Shown here: positions 19,354 to 29,938 of the stretch, in pieces | Position numbering within the stretch: the stretch's first letter is position 1 | Layout of the letters: every line of letters begins with the position of its first letter | Assembly: GCA_039591655.1 (NCBI GenBank) | Contig: JBDHDE010000002.1 | Span: 32,001 to 96,000 of the forward strand | DNA length: 64,000 bases | Direction: 5' to 3' | Origin: Gemmatimonadota bacterium | GTDB lineage: Bacteria > Gemmatimonadota > Gemmatimonadetes > Gemmatimonadales > GWC2-71-9 | Made by a program: the position numbers and the translations under genes | Notes under the pieces: model-generated | What the model saw: the letters and a program-made list of their open reading frames with translations, nothing else | Databases searched by the model: none | Told to the model about the DNA's origin: nothing

Positions 19354-20727
19354 TTACCCCGTGGTGTCCTGCTCCCCAAGCCAGCCCTCCACTTCCCGGC
19401 GATTGCCGGCGAGTGCCTCCTCGGAGGACGCTTCAAAGCGGAGCACGAGCACCGGCTGCGTGTTGGAGGCGCGCAGCAGGCCCCACCCGTCGGGGAATGT
19501 GATCCGCACGCCATCCAGGGTCAGCACCTCGTACCGCTCGCCGAAGTGGCGGGCCGCCGCCTCGACGACGGCGAACTTGCGCTCCTCGGCGCAATCCACG
19601 CGTAACTCGGGTGTGGCGAAGCTCTTGGGGAGATCGGCGAGCAGCGTGGAGAGCGGTCCCGCGCCTCGCGCCACGATAGCGATGAGCCGCGCCGCCGCGT
19701 AGAGGGCGTCGTCGAAGCCGTAGTAGTCGCCGCCGAAGAACATGTGTCCGCTCATCTCGCCGGCCAGCGGAGCCCCGGTCTCTCTCATCTTGGCCTTGAT
19801 GAGCGAATGCCCGGTCTTCCATATGACCGGCTCGAGCCCGACCGCTGCCAGCGCGTCGGCCAACACGTTCGAGCATTTCACGTCGAAGATGACGGCGTGT
19901 CCTGTGCCAGCGCGATCGGCGAGGTCGCGACCGAACAGCACCAGAAGCTGATCTCCGTAGACCACCGCGCCGCTCTCGTCCACTGCACCGATCCGGTCTC
20001 CGTCCCCGTCGAACGCGATGCCCAACTCGGCCTCAGTGCGCCGCACGGCGGCTTGGAGGTCCACGAGGTTCTCCGGCACCGTCGGGTCCGGGTGGTGGTT
20101 CGGGAAGGTGCCGTCGGATTCACAGAAGAGCGGCACCACGTCGGCCCCGAGACGGGTGAGCGCCTCTTCGGCCGCCAGGCTCGCAGTGCCGTTCCCGCAG
20201 TCCACCACGACCTTTACCGGTCGAGCGATGGGACCGTTGCGGGACACGATGGTATCTACGTAGCGCCGCAGCACCGAGTCATTGGCCTCGATCGTACCGT
20301 GGCCCGTGTCGCTTGCATCGGTCTCGATCAGCTGCCGGATCTGCTGGATATCATCCCCGTAGAGCGTCTCGCCCGCGACCACCATCTTGAATCCGTTGAA
20401 CTCAGGTGGGTTGTGCGAGCCGGTGACCTGGATTCCCCCATCCACCTCCAACTCGTGCAGGGCGAGATAGAGCGCCGGTGTGGGTACCAGACCGACGTCG
20501 ACGGCCGAGCCGCCCGCCTGAGCCACGCCATCGCGCACGGCCCGGGCCAGGAGCTCACCCGAGGGTCGGTTGTCACGCCCCACGGCCACCCTGGGATCCC
20601 GCCCGATCCTCGAGCGCGCAATGGTCGCGACGGCCCGGCCGATGGCATGGGCCACGGGCGCAGTGAGCTCTTGGTCCACGACGCCCCGGATGTCGTATTG
20701 CCGGAAGATGAAGGAGGGTACGTCCAC
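19354..20727 (-). CDS. Phosphomannomutase/phosphoglucomutase (AlgC-like)
   Basis: FRQYDIRG, TGSHNP, FDGDGDR, GEMSGH and RASNTQP motifs. Confidence 0.93.
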   Translation of the reverse strand: MDVPSFIFRQYDIRGVVDQELTAPVAHAIGRAVATIARSRIGRDPRVAVGRDNRPSGELLARAVRDGVAQAGGSAVDVGLVPTPALYLALHELEVDGGIQVTGSHNPPEFNGFKMVVAGETLYGDDIQQIRQLIETDASDTGHGTIEANDSVLRRYVDTIVSRNGPIARPVKVVVDCGNGTASLAAEEALTRLGADVVPLFCESDGTFPNHHPDPTVPENLVDLQAAVRRTEAELGIAFDGDGDRIGAVDESGAVVYGDQLLVLFGRDLADRAGTGHAVIFDVKCSNVLADALAAVGLEPVIWKTGHSLIKAKMRETGAPLAGEMSGHMFFGGDYYGFDDALYAAARLIAIVARGAGPLSTLLADLPKSFATPELRVDCAEERKFAVVEAAARHFGERYEVLTLDGVRITFPDGWGLLRASNTQPVLVLRFEASSEEALAGNRREVEGWLGEQDTTG

Positions 20728-20788
20728 GTCGTCCTCGGTGGATCAGGCCAGCCGCACTACCCGTGGGTCCGGCACGGGGGGCGGTTGG

Positions 20789-22300
20789 CTACCTCGAAAC
20801 CGTCAGCATGACCGCCGGCCTGAGCTCCTCACTCCCCCGACGCGCCACGTCCATGGCGCGGCCGGGCCAGACACCCAGCAGCAACAGGATCACGGCTGTG
20901 GCCCCCACCACCCAGCGGGCGATACCGACGACTCGTGTGTGCTCGTGCGCGGTCTCGGAGGCGGGGGGCTTCATGTACATCGCCATGATGACCGGTAGGT
21001 AGTAGCCTGCCGACACGACGGTGGCGCCGACCAGCACCACGGCCAGGAGGCCCTGCCCTGCATCCACGACCGCCGACAAGATATACCACTTGCCAATGAA
21101 GCCGGCCGTGCCCGGGAACCCCAGCAGGGAGAGCATGAACACGGTCATGGCGAAGGCCGTCCAGGGACGGTGCTTGGCAAGCCCGTCGAGATGGTCGATC
21201 CGAACGTCGCGCTCGCCGCGGCGGCCGGCAGCACCCAGGACTGCGAACGCCCCGACCGTCATGAGCGTGTACGCCAGCACGTAGAACAGGAACGCAGCGG
21301 CGCCGAGCGCAGTGCCGCTGGCCACCGTGGCCAGCAGGTAACCGGCGTGTCCGATGGAGCTGTAGGCGAGCATCCGCTTGAGGTTTCGCTGCGCCAGTGC
21401 GACGAGGTTGCCCACGACCATCGTGATGGCCGCCAGCCACCACACGATCTCTGTCCAGACCGCCTCGGCGGGCACGAGGGCCTCGAGCAGCAGACGGATC
21501 ATGGCGGCGAAGGCCGCGGCTTTCACCGCCGCCGCCATGAAGGCGGTGATCGGGGTCGGCGCGCCGTCGTACACGTCGGGCGTCCACATGTGGAACGGCA
21601 CTGCCGCCACCTTGAACGCGAACCCCACCAGCAGCATGGTCAACCCGACGAGCAGCATGACGTTATCGTCGAGGCCCAGCGTGGATATCTGCACGTAGAT
21701 GAGCGCAAGGTTGGTGGTCCCGGTGGAGCCGTAGATCAGCGCGATGCCGTACAGGAGGAACCCTGAAGCGAAGGCGCCAAGGAGAAAGTACTTGAGCGAA
21801 GCCTCCGCCGCGAAGACGCTGCGGCGATCGATACCCGCCAGCACGTAGACGCAGACGGACATCAACTCCAGGCCGAGGAAGATGACGACCAGGTCAGCGC
21901 CTCCGCCCATGAACATCATCCCGAGCGTGGCCAGCAGGAGCAGCACGTAGTACTCCGGCACCACGATGCGCTCCCGCCCCAGGTAGCCCAGGGACAGCAG
22001 CACGGCGAGCGTCGCCCCTAGCAGGAAGATCACGTCGGTGGCGTAGCGGAAGCCGTCCAGCGCGATCATCGTCTCGAGTCCCAGGGACCGCACATCGCGG
22101 ATCCAGAACACCAGGACCGCCAGCAGCGTCAGGATGAGGCCCACTGTAGCGAGATGCCCCACGAGGCGCTGGTCGCCCTCACTCCGGTGCCGCCACGACA
22201 CCACGATCACCAGCACCAGGATCCACGTCGTGAGCACGAGCTCCGGGAGGAGCGCGAGAACCATGCCGCCGGGGCGGCCCAGGTCAATCAGCGATCCCAT
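20789..22300 (-). CDS. nuoN: NADH-quinone oxidoreductase subunit N
   Basis: EASLKYFLLG, FKVAAVPFHMWTPDVYDGAP, KRMLAYSSIGH. Confidence 0.95.
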   Translation of the reverse strand: MGSLIDLGRPGGMVLALLPELVLTTWILVLVIVVSWRHRSEGDQRLVGHLATVGLILTLLAVLVFWIRDVRSLGLETMIALDGFRYATDVIFLLGATLAVLLSLGYLGRERIVVPEYYVLLLLATLGMMFMGGGADLVVIFLGLELMSVCVYVLAGIDRRSVFAAEASLKYFLLGAFASGFLLYGIALIYGSTGTTNLALIYVQISTLGLDDNVMLLVGLTMLLVGFAFKVAAVPFHMWTPDVYDGAPTPITAFMAAAVKAAAFAAMIRLLLEALVPAEAVWTEIVWWLAAITMVVGNLVALAQRNLKRMLAYSSIGHAGYLLATVASGTALGAAAFLFYVLAYTLMTVGAFAVLGAAGRRGERDVRIDHLDGLAKHRPWTAFAMTVFMLSLLGFPGTAGFIGKWYILSAVVDAGQGLLAVVLVGATVVSAGYYLPVIMAMYMKPPASETAHEHTRVVGIARWVVGATAVILLLLGVWPGRAMDVARRGSEELRPAVMLTVSR

Positions 22301-23832
22301 GCTCGCCCCTCTTCCGTCCCCCGGACCGTGGTGAACGACTCCTGCGGACCCCGAACCTGCTCCACCAGCGCCTCTGCCGACGCCTCCACCCGGTGGAGGA
22401 ACGGCGCGGGATAGACGCCGATCCAGACGATGAGCACGATCAACGGCACCAGCACCAGCAGCTCGCGCCGCGACAGATCAGGCATCCCCTCGTTCTCGGG
22501 CTTGTCGAGCTTGTTGTAGATGATCCGCTGCAGGGCCCGCAACAGGTACATGGCCGCGACGATGACGCCGGTCGCTGCGATCACTACGGCCCACGGATAG
22601 ACGCCGAACGATCCCACGAGCACCAGGAACTCCCCGATGAAGCCGTTGGTCCCCGGCAACCCCACGGAGGACAAGGCCACGATGGTCAGCACCGTCGCCA
22701 GCATCGGGACCACCCTGGCCAACCCGCCAAAGGCAGCGATCTCCCTGGTGTGGGCCCGCTCATACAGCATCCCGGCGAGGAAGAACAGTGCTCCCGTGGA
22801 GACCCCATGGCTGATCATGATGATGATCGCCCCCTCCACGCTCTGCACCGTCACCGCCCAGATCCCGAGCATCACGAATCCGAGATGCGCCACGGACGAG
22901 TAGGCGACCAGCTTCTTGAAGTCGGGCTGCACCATGGCGACCAGCCCGCCGTAGATGATCCCCACGACCGCGAGTATCACCACGACGTTGACGACCGCCG
23001 GATCCAGAACCACCTGCGGGAAGAAAGGCAGCGCGAACCGCAGGAATCCGTACGTCCCCATCTTCAGGAGGATGCCGGCCAGGATCACGGACCCGGCGGT
23101 GGGGGCCTCGACGTGGGCATCCGGGAGCCACGTGTGGAACGGAAACAGCGGGACCTTGATCGCGAACGCCAGGAAGAACGCGCCGAACAGCCAGAACGCC
23201 CCGCGATACGTCACCGCGATGTTCGCCAGGATGTGGTCGTACGCGAACGAGTAGGTACCGGTCGCGCGTCCCACCTGGTAGTTGATGGTCAGGATCGCCA
23301 CCAGCATGAGCAGCGACCCGACGAAGGTGAACACGAAGAACTTGATCGCGGCGTACAACCGTCGCGGCCCACCCCAAACCCCGATGATGAAGTACATCGG
23401 GATCAGCATGATCTCCCAGAACACGTAGAACACGAAGAGATCGAGGGCGACGAAGACCCCCAACATGCCTGTAGTGAGCACGAGGAGCAACGCATAGTAC
23501 CCACGCTGCCGCTCCTTGATGTAGTTCCAGCTACCGAGCACGGCGAGCGGCATCGTGAACGTCGTGAGCAGCACCATGAAGAGCGAGATGCCGTCCAGCC
23601 CGAGACGGAACCACACACCCCAGCCCGGGATCCACGGCCGCGCGACTTCGAACTGCATGGCCGCCGTCCCCGGCTCGAACACCCACCAGAGGGGCACCGA
23701 CAGCAGGAACTCCGCCGTGGCCGCCACGACAGCCACCCACTTGGCCTCCCGCTCCGGGCGGAGCAACACGACGAGCCCCGCCACCAGGGGAAGGGCCAGC
23801 AACCCGTCGAGCACCCAAGCCTCGTAGTTCAT
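22288..23832 (-). CDS. nuoM: NADH-quinone oxidoreductase subunit M
   Basis: FYVFWE, KVPLFPFHTWLPDAHVEAPT, AYSSVAH. Confidence 0.95.
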   Translation of the reverse strand: MNYEAWVLDGLLALPLVAGLVVLLRPEREAKWVAVVAATAEFLLSVPLWWVFEPGTAAMQFEVARPWIPGWGVWFRLGLDGISLFMVLLTTFTMPLAVLGSWNYIKERQRGYYALLLVLTTGMLGVFVALDLFVFYVFWEIMLIPMYFIIGVWGGPRRLYAAIKFFVFTFVGSLLMLVAILTINYQVGRATGTYSFAYDHILANIAVTYRGAFWLFGAFFLAFAIKVPLFPFHTWLPDAHVEAPTAGSVILAGILLKMGTYGFLRFALPFFPQVVLDPAVVNVVVILAVVGIIYGGLVAMVQPDFKKLVAYSSVAHLGFVMLGIWAVTVQSVEGAIIIMISHGVSTGALFFLAGMLYERAHTREIAAFGGLARVVPMLATVLTIVALSSVGLPGTNGFIGEFLVLVGSFGVYPWAVVIAATGVIVAAMYLLRALQRIIYNKLDKPENEGMPDLSRRELLVLVPLIVLIVWIGVYPAPFLHRVEASAEALVEQVRGPQESFTTVRGTEEGRAWDR

Positions 23833-23836
23833 AGCA

Positions 23837-25816
23837 CTACCCCGTCACCACCCGGAGCAGGATCAGCGCAGCCAGCACGAAGAGGAACATGTACGTGCCC
23901 ACGTACCCGGTCTGGAGCCGGCTGCCGATCCATCCCATGGCCCGAGCGAACGTCGCGGACCCGTTCGCGGCGAACCCGTCGATGATGCCTTTGTCCACCA
24001 CCTTCCACAGCACATTCTCCGAAAACCACATGATGGGCCGCACGATCAGCGTGTCGTAGATCTCATCCACGTACCACTTGTTTACGAGCACTTTCTGGAT
24101 TCCCGATTCCGCCGGCGCCTCGCGCGCCGGCTTCAGCCGCTCGGGCTTGAGCAGCTGCCAGGCTCCCGCGATGCCGAGCGCCACCACCACCGTGGCTAGA
24201 CCCACGAGGGCCCACTCGGTGCCATGGGAGAGATGCGCTTCCGGCAAGTAGCGGGCACCCAGCTCGGTAACCGGCTCCATCCAGTGGTGCAGCCACCCGC
24301 TGCCGGGGAGGATCTCCGGCAGGTTGATTACGCCCGCGACGATACTGCCGATCGCCAGCGCCACCAGCGGCCCCGTCATGACCCACGGGGCCTCGTGCAG
24401 GTGCCTCTCCTCCTCGGTACCCGTCCGGTTGGGCCCGTGGAAGGTGTAGATCATCAGCCGGGTCATGTAGAAGGCTGTGAGCAGTGCCGTCACGACACCC
24501 ACCGCCCACAGCACGTAGAAGGCCGAGGCCTCGTGGCCCCGGGCGAAGGTCGCCGCCAGGATCTCATCCTTGGAGAAGAACCCCGACAATCCCGGTACCC
24601 CCGCGATCGCCAGCGTAGCCACCCACATCAGCGCCGCCGTCCACGGCATCCAGCGACGGAGGCCGCCCATGTTGCGCATGTCCTGGGCATCCTCGTGCCG
24701 GTTCGAATGGTGATACGCGTGATGCAACGCATGGATCACGCTGCCCGATCCGAGGAACAGCAGTGCCTTGAAGAAGGCGTGGGTGGTGAGGTGAAACATG
24801 CCCGCGGCGTACGCTCCGACGCCCACGCCCATGAACATGTAGCCGAGCTGCGAGACGGTGGAGTACGCCAGCACCTTCTTGATGTCCCACTGCTTCAGTG
24901 CGACTGTCGCCGCGAACAGCGCCGTCACGGTTCCTACCGCGGCCACGACAAAGCTCGACACGGGCGCCATGGCAAACAGGACATTGGTCCGGGCCACCAG
25001 GTAGACGCCCGCCGTCACCATCGTCGCCGCGTGGATCAGGGCCGAAACCGGCGTCGGGCCCGCCATGGCATCAGGAAGCCAGGTGTACAACGGAATCTGA
25101 GCCGACTTGCCGACACATCCCAGGAAGAGCGCGAGGGTAATCAGCGTGATTGTGGTACCGCCGATGGCGAACGCCCGCGGCGCCTGCTCGAACACCGCCG
25201 TGAACGATAGGCTTCCCACCGCATGGAAGATCAGGAACATCGCTACCATGAAGCCGACATCCCCGATCCGATTCATGATGAACGCCTTCTTGCCGGCGTT
25301 CGCGTAGTCCTGGTTCTCGAACCAGAAGCCGATGAGCAGGTAACTGCAGAGCCCCACCCCCTCCCATCCCACAAACATCACGGGGAAATTGGCCCCGAGC
25401 ACCAGCATCAGCATGAAGAAGACGAACAGATTGAGATACGCGAAGTACCGCGGATACCCCGGATCCTCGCCCATGTAGCCGACGCTGAAGATGTGGATCA
25501 GCGCGCTCACACCCGTCACCACGAGCAGCATCACGGCCGACAGCTGATCCACCTGCAGCGCGAACGCGACCTCGAGGTTGCCCGCCGGAATCCACCGCCA
25601 GTACGTGAGCACGTAGGGCGCGTCGTTCGGCTGCGAGGCGAGCCCGACTACGACCGCGAGAGCGGCGAGGAATGACAGGATCAACACGCCCACACCGATC
25701 GTGCTAACGGTCCGCTTGGCGTCGCGGCGCAGCAGGGCGATGGACCCGTTCACCAGGAATCCCAGCAACGGGAACAGCAACACCAACCACACCCACCCGA
25801 CCGATGCCGGCATCAT
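23837..25816 (-). CDS. nuoL: NADH-quinone oxidoreductase subunit L
   Basis: [50 protein letters not shown]. Confidence 0.96.
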   Translation of the reverse strand: MMPASVGWVWLVLLFPLLGFLVNGSIALLRRDAKRTVSTIGVGVLILSFLAALAVVVGLASQPNDAPYVLTYWRWIPAGNLEVAFALQVDQLSAVMLLVVTGVSALIHIFSVGYMGEDPGYPRYFAYLNLFVFFMLMLVLGANFPVMFVGWEGVGLCSYLLIGFWFENQDYANAGKKAFIMNRIGDVGFMVAMFLIFHAVGSLSFTAVFEQAPRAFAIGGTTITLITLALFLGCVGKSAQIPLYTWLPDAMAGPTPVSALIHAATMVTAGVYLVARTNVLFAMAPVSSFVVAAVGTVTALFAATVALKQWDIKKVLAYSTVSQLGYMFMGVGVGAYAAGMFHLTTHAFFKALLFLGSGSVIHALHHAYHHSNRHEDAQDMRNMGGLRRWMPWTAALMWVATLAIAGVPGLSGFFSKDEILAATFARGHEASAFYVLWAVGVVTALLTAFYMTRLMIYTFHGPNRTGTEEERHLHEAPWVMTGPLVALAIGSIVAGVINLPEILPGSGWLHHWMEPVTELGARYLPEAHLSHGTEWALVGLATVVVALGIAGAWQLLKPERLKPAREAPAESGIQKVLVNKWYVDEIYDTLIVRPIMWFSENVLWKVVDKGIIDGFAANGSATFARAMGWIGSRLQTGYVGTYMFLFVLAALILLRVVTG

Positions 25817-26109
25817 CCCCTCAGCAGATTGATCTCTCTGACGTCGACCGTGCTCTTGTGTCGGTAGATCCCGATCATGATAGCGAGACCGACCACCGCT
25901 TCGGCTGCGGCGACTGCCATCACGAAGAACACGATCACCTGACCCTCACGGCCCAACTGCTGTGCCAACGCGATGAACGCGAGGTTCGCCGCGTTCAGCA
26001 TCAGCTCGATGCACATGAAGATCACGATGGCATTCCGGCGGAACAGCACCCCGGCTACGCCGAGGCTGAACAGGATGGCCGAAAGACCCAGCGATGGTCC
26101 GAGGAGCAC
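25813..26109 (-). CDS. nuoK: NADH-quinone oxidoreductase subunit K
   Basis: [22 protein letters not shown]. Confidence 0.95.
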   Translation of the reverse strand: MLLGPSLGLSAILFSLGVAGVLFRRNAIVIFMCIELMLNAANLAFIALAQQLGREGQVIVFFVMAVAAAEAVVGLAIMIGIYRHKSTVDVREINLLRG

Positions 26110-26637
26110 TTAGAGCCTCCTCTTCGCCAGCACCACCGCCCCCACAATAGCGGCGAGCAGCAGCACTGAAGTGATCTCAAACGGTACGAGAAAATCGCGG
26201 AACAAGGGCTCCGCGATGACCCCAACGGCTCCCTGCTCCTCCGTCATCTGCACGATGACCTCCCGGGGCAGCCGGATCTCCTCCGCTGGGGCGATTCGCG
26301 TCAGCACCCACAACTCCATGGCGAGAAGCGTCCCCACCGCCAGCATGACGAGACGGCCCGTCCATCCCAGCATGTCGGTCCCGGCGTCGCGCCCGAGGTT
26401 GAGGAGCATGATCACGAACAGGAACAACACCATGATCGCGCCGGCGTACACCAGAACCTGAATCGCGGCGATGAAATGCGCGTCGAGGAGCACGAAGATC
26501 GCCGCGAGGGCGAACAGGGTGCTCACGAGCCACAGCGCGCTCGCCACCGGACTCCGGCGCGTGATGCAGAAGAAGGCCGAAATGACGGCGACGGAGGCGA
26601 AGAACCAGAAGACGGCTTCGATCTGAGTCACGATCAC
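26110..26637 (-). CDS. nuoJ: NADH-quinone oxidoreductase subunit J
   Basis: QVLVYAGAIMVLFLFVIM, PFEITS. Confidence 0.95.
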   Translation of the reverse strand: MIVTQIEAVFWFFASVAVISAFFCITRRSPVASALWLVSTLFALAAIFVLLDAHFIAAIQVLVYAGAIMVLFLFVIMLLNLGRDAGTDMLGWTGRLVMLAVGTLLAMELWVLTRIAPAEEIRLPREVIVQMTEEQGAVGVIAEPLFRDFLVPFEITSVLLLAAIVGAVVLAKRRL

Positions 26638-27140
26638 TCACCCTTGGGATCCGAGGGATCCCAGAGTGTGGATACCGGATGCGTCTGAGCGCAAAGCCGC
26701 TCCAGGTCGTACACGAACCGATCGCGCTCGTACTCCGAATTCTCGTAGTGCACGCCCACGTGAATGGCTTCCTCGGGACATACCTCCTGGCAGTACCCGC
26801 AGAACACACAACGGAACTCGTCGATCTCGTAGATCAGCGGATACCGGTGGCCCTCCTCATCCTCACCCGGCACCAGCTTGATGCAGTTGGCGGGACAGAT
26901 CTGCGGGCAGAGACCACATGCTACACACTTCGCGCGGCCCTGCTCATCCGTCAGCATCCGGTGCGTCCCACGCCAGCGCGGCGCGAGGGTCCACGTATCC
27001 GTGGACTTCTGCTCCGGGTACTGCATCGTCCATTTCCTCTGCATCAGATGCCGGAACGTGAGGGCCATCCCCTTGACCGCGGCCCGCAGGTAGGAGACCT
27101 CGCTGTCAGGGCGCTTCATGACCTTGACGCCGATCGCCAT
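26634..27140 (-). CDS. nuoI: NADH-quinone oxidoreductase subunit I
   Basis: Two CxxCxxCxxxCP motifs; position in the operon. Confidence 0.95.
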   Translation of the reverse strand: MAIGVKVMKRPDSEVSYLRAAVKGMALTFRHLMQRKWTMQYPEQKSTDTWTLAPRWRGTHRMLTDEQGRAKCVACGLCPQICPANCIKLVPGEDEEGHRYPLIYEIDEFRCVFCGYCQEVCPEEAIHVGVHYENSEYERDRFVYDLERLCAQTHPVSTLWDPSDPKGE

Positions 27141-28354
27141 CACGCCCTCCGTTCCCGCCGGGCGTGCTGGCCGACGATCAAGCGGTCAACATCGATGATT
27201 CGCGCCACCACGACGAGCACCACTACGTTCAGCCCAAAGAGCGCGAAACCGTACACCTCATTCTGCCGCAACCCCAGCTCGTCCAGCGTCCAGACGGCCG
27301 TCGCGATGATCATGATGTACGACAGCGCCATCGGCAGCATGACCTTCCACCCCAGCGACATCAGCTGGTCGTACCGGAACCGTGGCAGGGTCCAACGCAC
27401 CCAGATGTACCAGAAGACGAAGAAGAAGGTCTTGCCCAGGAAGACGATCAGCGTCGCTAGCGACTTGAGCACGGTCGGCTCACCCTGGTCCCAGCTCGTG
27501 AACGGAATGTCCCATCCGCCGAAGAACAGGGTCGCGATGAGAGCCGACATCGTGATCAATGCCCCATACTCCGCCAGGAAGAACATGGCGAAACGCATGG
27601 AGCTGTACTCCGTGTGATAGCCCCCCACCAGTTCACTCTCCGCTTCGGGCAGATCGAACGGCAAGCGATTGCCTTCCGCCAAAGCCGATACCGCGAACAA
27701 CACGAACCCGAAGGTGAGGGCGATCACGAACCACACGGTCTGCTGCTGGTAGGCGATGACCTCGTTCAGGGTCACGTCACCCACCAGGATCAGCACGGCG
27801 ATGACGCTCATCCCGAGCGCGATCTCGTAGCTGATCATTTGCGCGCTCGAGCGCAGCCCACCCAGGAACGAGTACTTGTTGCCCGAGGACCACCCCGCCA
27901 TCACGACGCCGTACACTGCGAGGCTCGAGATGGCCAGGATGAAGAGCAGGCCTATTGAGATGTCGGCCACGATCATGGGCATCGGGCCGTCGAATACGAA
28001 GCGCCCCAGCAGCGGCACAGTGAAATCGAACGACAGCGGAAGGGGGGCCGCAAACGGGATCACGGCGAACAGAATCAAGGAGGGCACGAAGGACATTCCC
28101 GGGGCCAGCAAGAACAACACCCGGTCCGCCTGCCCGGGCAGTGTCTCCTCCTTGACGAAGTTCTTGATGCCGTCGGCGATGGGCTGGTACAGCCCCTGCG
28201 GCCCCGCCCGGTTGGGCCCCAGCCGGTTCTGGATCCACGCAGCCACCCGTCGCTCCAGCCAGGTCACGAACGCCACGCCCAAGAGGAGCGCGAAGAAGAC
28301 CACCACCAGCTTCACGACGCCGACCAGCAGGAATCCCTTGAGTTCTGGCGTCAC
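27140..28354 (-). CDS. nuoH: NADH-quinone oxidoreductase subunit H
   Basis: ERR..IQNRLGPNR, RSSAQMISYE, RLPFDLPEAESELV, PRFRYDQL. Confidence 0.96.
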   Translation of the reverse strand: MTPELKGFLLVGVVKLVVVFFALLLGVAFVTWLERRVAAWIQNRLGPNRAGPQGLYQPIADGIKNFVKEETLPGQADRVLFLLAPGMSFVPSLILFAVIPFAAPLPLSFDFTVPLLGRFVFDGPMPMIVADISIGLLFILAISSLAVYGVVMAGWSSGNKYSFLGGLRSSAQMISYEIALGMSVIAVLILVGDVTLNEVIAYQQQTVWFVIALTFGFVLFAVSALAEGNRLPFDLPEAESELVGGYHTEYSSMRFAMFFLAEYGALITMSALIATLFFGGWDIPFTSWDQGEPTVLKSLATLIVFLGKTFFFVFWYIWVRWTLPRFRYDQLMSLGWKVMLPMALSYIMIIATAVWTLDELGLRQNEVYGFALFGLNVVVLVVVARIIDVDRLIVGQHARRERRA

Positions 28355-29934
28355 CGGGACACCTCCGCCGGGCTCGCATCCAGCACTGCTCCTCTGTATC
28401 CGAGCCTCTGATACGTCAACCCGGCGAATGCCGCCTCGCCGGCAGCGAGACGCTCGAACGCCTCGCCCGCGCTTGCCAACGGCTCACCCCGTCCCAATTC
28501 CGCCAGGAGCTCACCTAGAACCCACCAGGCGGGTCGCGCCATTCCCGGTCCGGTCTTTGCCTGCAAGTAGCGCTGCACCCGGCGATCACGATTCACGAAC
28601 GTCCCATCCTCCTCGGCCACGTTCGTGACGGGGAGCACCACGCGGGCTGCCCTACCCGCATCCGGCAGCGTCGTGCCGAGATACACCACGTTGCCCGCCT
28701 GCGCGAGCGCCTCCCGCGTCACGCCGTCGAGGCCCTCGTCCAGCACGACGACCAGGGCGGCATCAGCGACGGCGCGCAAAGCCGCGTCGAAGTCCTCCTG
28801 GAAGCCCAACAGAACTGCCCCGGTGGCGTTGGGTGCCCGCTCCTCGCGCAGCGCGAGGCCCGGCACCCCGGCCAACGTAACCTCGCCTCCAACCCGCTTC
28901 ATCCGGAACGCGCCAGTGACGTCGAAGCCCTCGAGCACCCCCCTCGCGAGGTACAGCGCCTCACTGGAAGTACCGGGGGAGACGAGGGCCACGGCCTTGC
29001 CGCTGGCACCCTTCACGACCTGGGCGGCCCGGGCCAGGGCGTGATCCCAATCGACCGCCACCAGCTCACCGTTCTCCGCCACCAATGGGGCCTCAATCCG
29101 ATCGCCCCGGTTCATCCAGCGATACTCGCTGCGCCCCTGATCACAGATGAAGTACCGGTTGACCTCCAGATTGGGCCGCGGCCGCAGACGGACTACCACG
29201 TTGCTGCGGGTGTCGATGTTGACGTTGCAGCCCTGCGAGCAGCCCGTGCACACACTGGCCGTCTTGTCCAGCTCCCACGCCCGGGCCTTGTGCAGGAAGT
29301 CCTTCGAGAGCAGCGATCCCACCGGGCAGAGATCAACCACGTTCCCCGCCCATGGATGGTCCAGCTGCCGGTCGACGTGTATCCCGATGTGTGCGCGGTC
29401 CCCCCGCTCACTGACGTTGAGGATCGGCTCCTCGGCCACGTGGTCCATGAACCGCACGCATCGGGTGCACAGGATGCAGCGGTTGGGCACGTACAGGATG
29501 TCGCCTCCGAAATCCTCCACCGGGTTGAAGCGCTTGGGGAAGGCCGGCGTATAGCGGGTGCGCGCCCGCCCCTCTTGGAACACGTAGTCCTGGAGCTCGC
29601 ACTCACCCGCCTGATCGCAAATGGGACAGTCCAGCGGGTGGTTGATGAGCAGGAACTCGAGCACTCCCTCTCGGGCCTTCGCTGCCTGCTCGGTGTAGAC
29701 ATGCACCTTCTGACCCTCGGCCACGGTGGTAGCGCAGCCGGGGGCCAACTTCGGCATCCCCTCGACCTCCACCAGGCACATCCGGCACACCCCGACGATG
29801 GGGAGGCCGGGATGGTAGCAGTAATGGGGGATCAGCACCCCAGCCTGCTTCGCCGCCTCGAGGATCATCGTCCCCTTGGGGACCGTGACCTCGACGCCTT
29901 CGATCGTCAGTGTGACCAGTTCTCGTTCCGCCAT
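28351..29934 (-). CDS. nuoG: NADH-quinone oxidoreductase subunit G (short form, about 527 aa)
   Basis: IPHYCYH..CRMCLVE, NHPLDCPICDQAGEC, RCILCTRC, CPVGSL; starts MAERELV. Confidence 0.92.
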   Translation of the reverse strand: MAERELVTLTIEGVEVTVPKGTMILEAAKQAGVLIPHYCYHPGLPIVGVCRMCLVEVEGMPKLAPGCATTVAEGQKVHVYTEQAAKAREGVLEFLLINHPLDCPICDQAGECELQDYVFQEGRARTRYTPAFPKRFNPVEDFGGDILYVPNRCILCTRCVRFMDHVAEEPILNVSERGDRAHIGIHVDRQLDHPWAGNVVDLCPVGSLLSKDFLHKARAWELDKTASVCTGCSQGCNVNIDTRSNVVVRLRPRPNLEVNRYFICDQGRSEYRWMNRGDRIEAPLVAENGELVAVDWDHALARAAQVVKGASGKAVALVSPGTSSEALYLARGVLEGFDVTGAFRMKRVGGEVTLAGVPGLALREERAPNATGAVLLGFQEDFDAALRAVADAALVVVLDEGLDGVTREALAQAGNVVYLGTTLPDAGRAARVVLPVTNVAEEDGTFVNRDRRVQRYLQAKTGPGMARPAWWVLGELLAELGRGEPLASAGEAFERLAAGEAAFAGLTYQRLGYRGAVLDASPAEVSR

Positions 29935-29938
29935 ATCC

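Noticed and set aside
22393..23985. 530-aa plus-strand ORF opposite nuoM, and similar shadows across the nuo operon
   Set aside because: Antisense mirror frame with no recognisable domain or RBS
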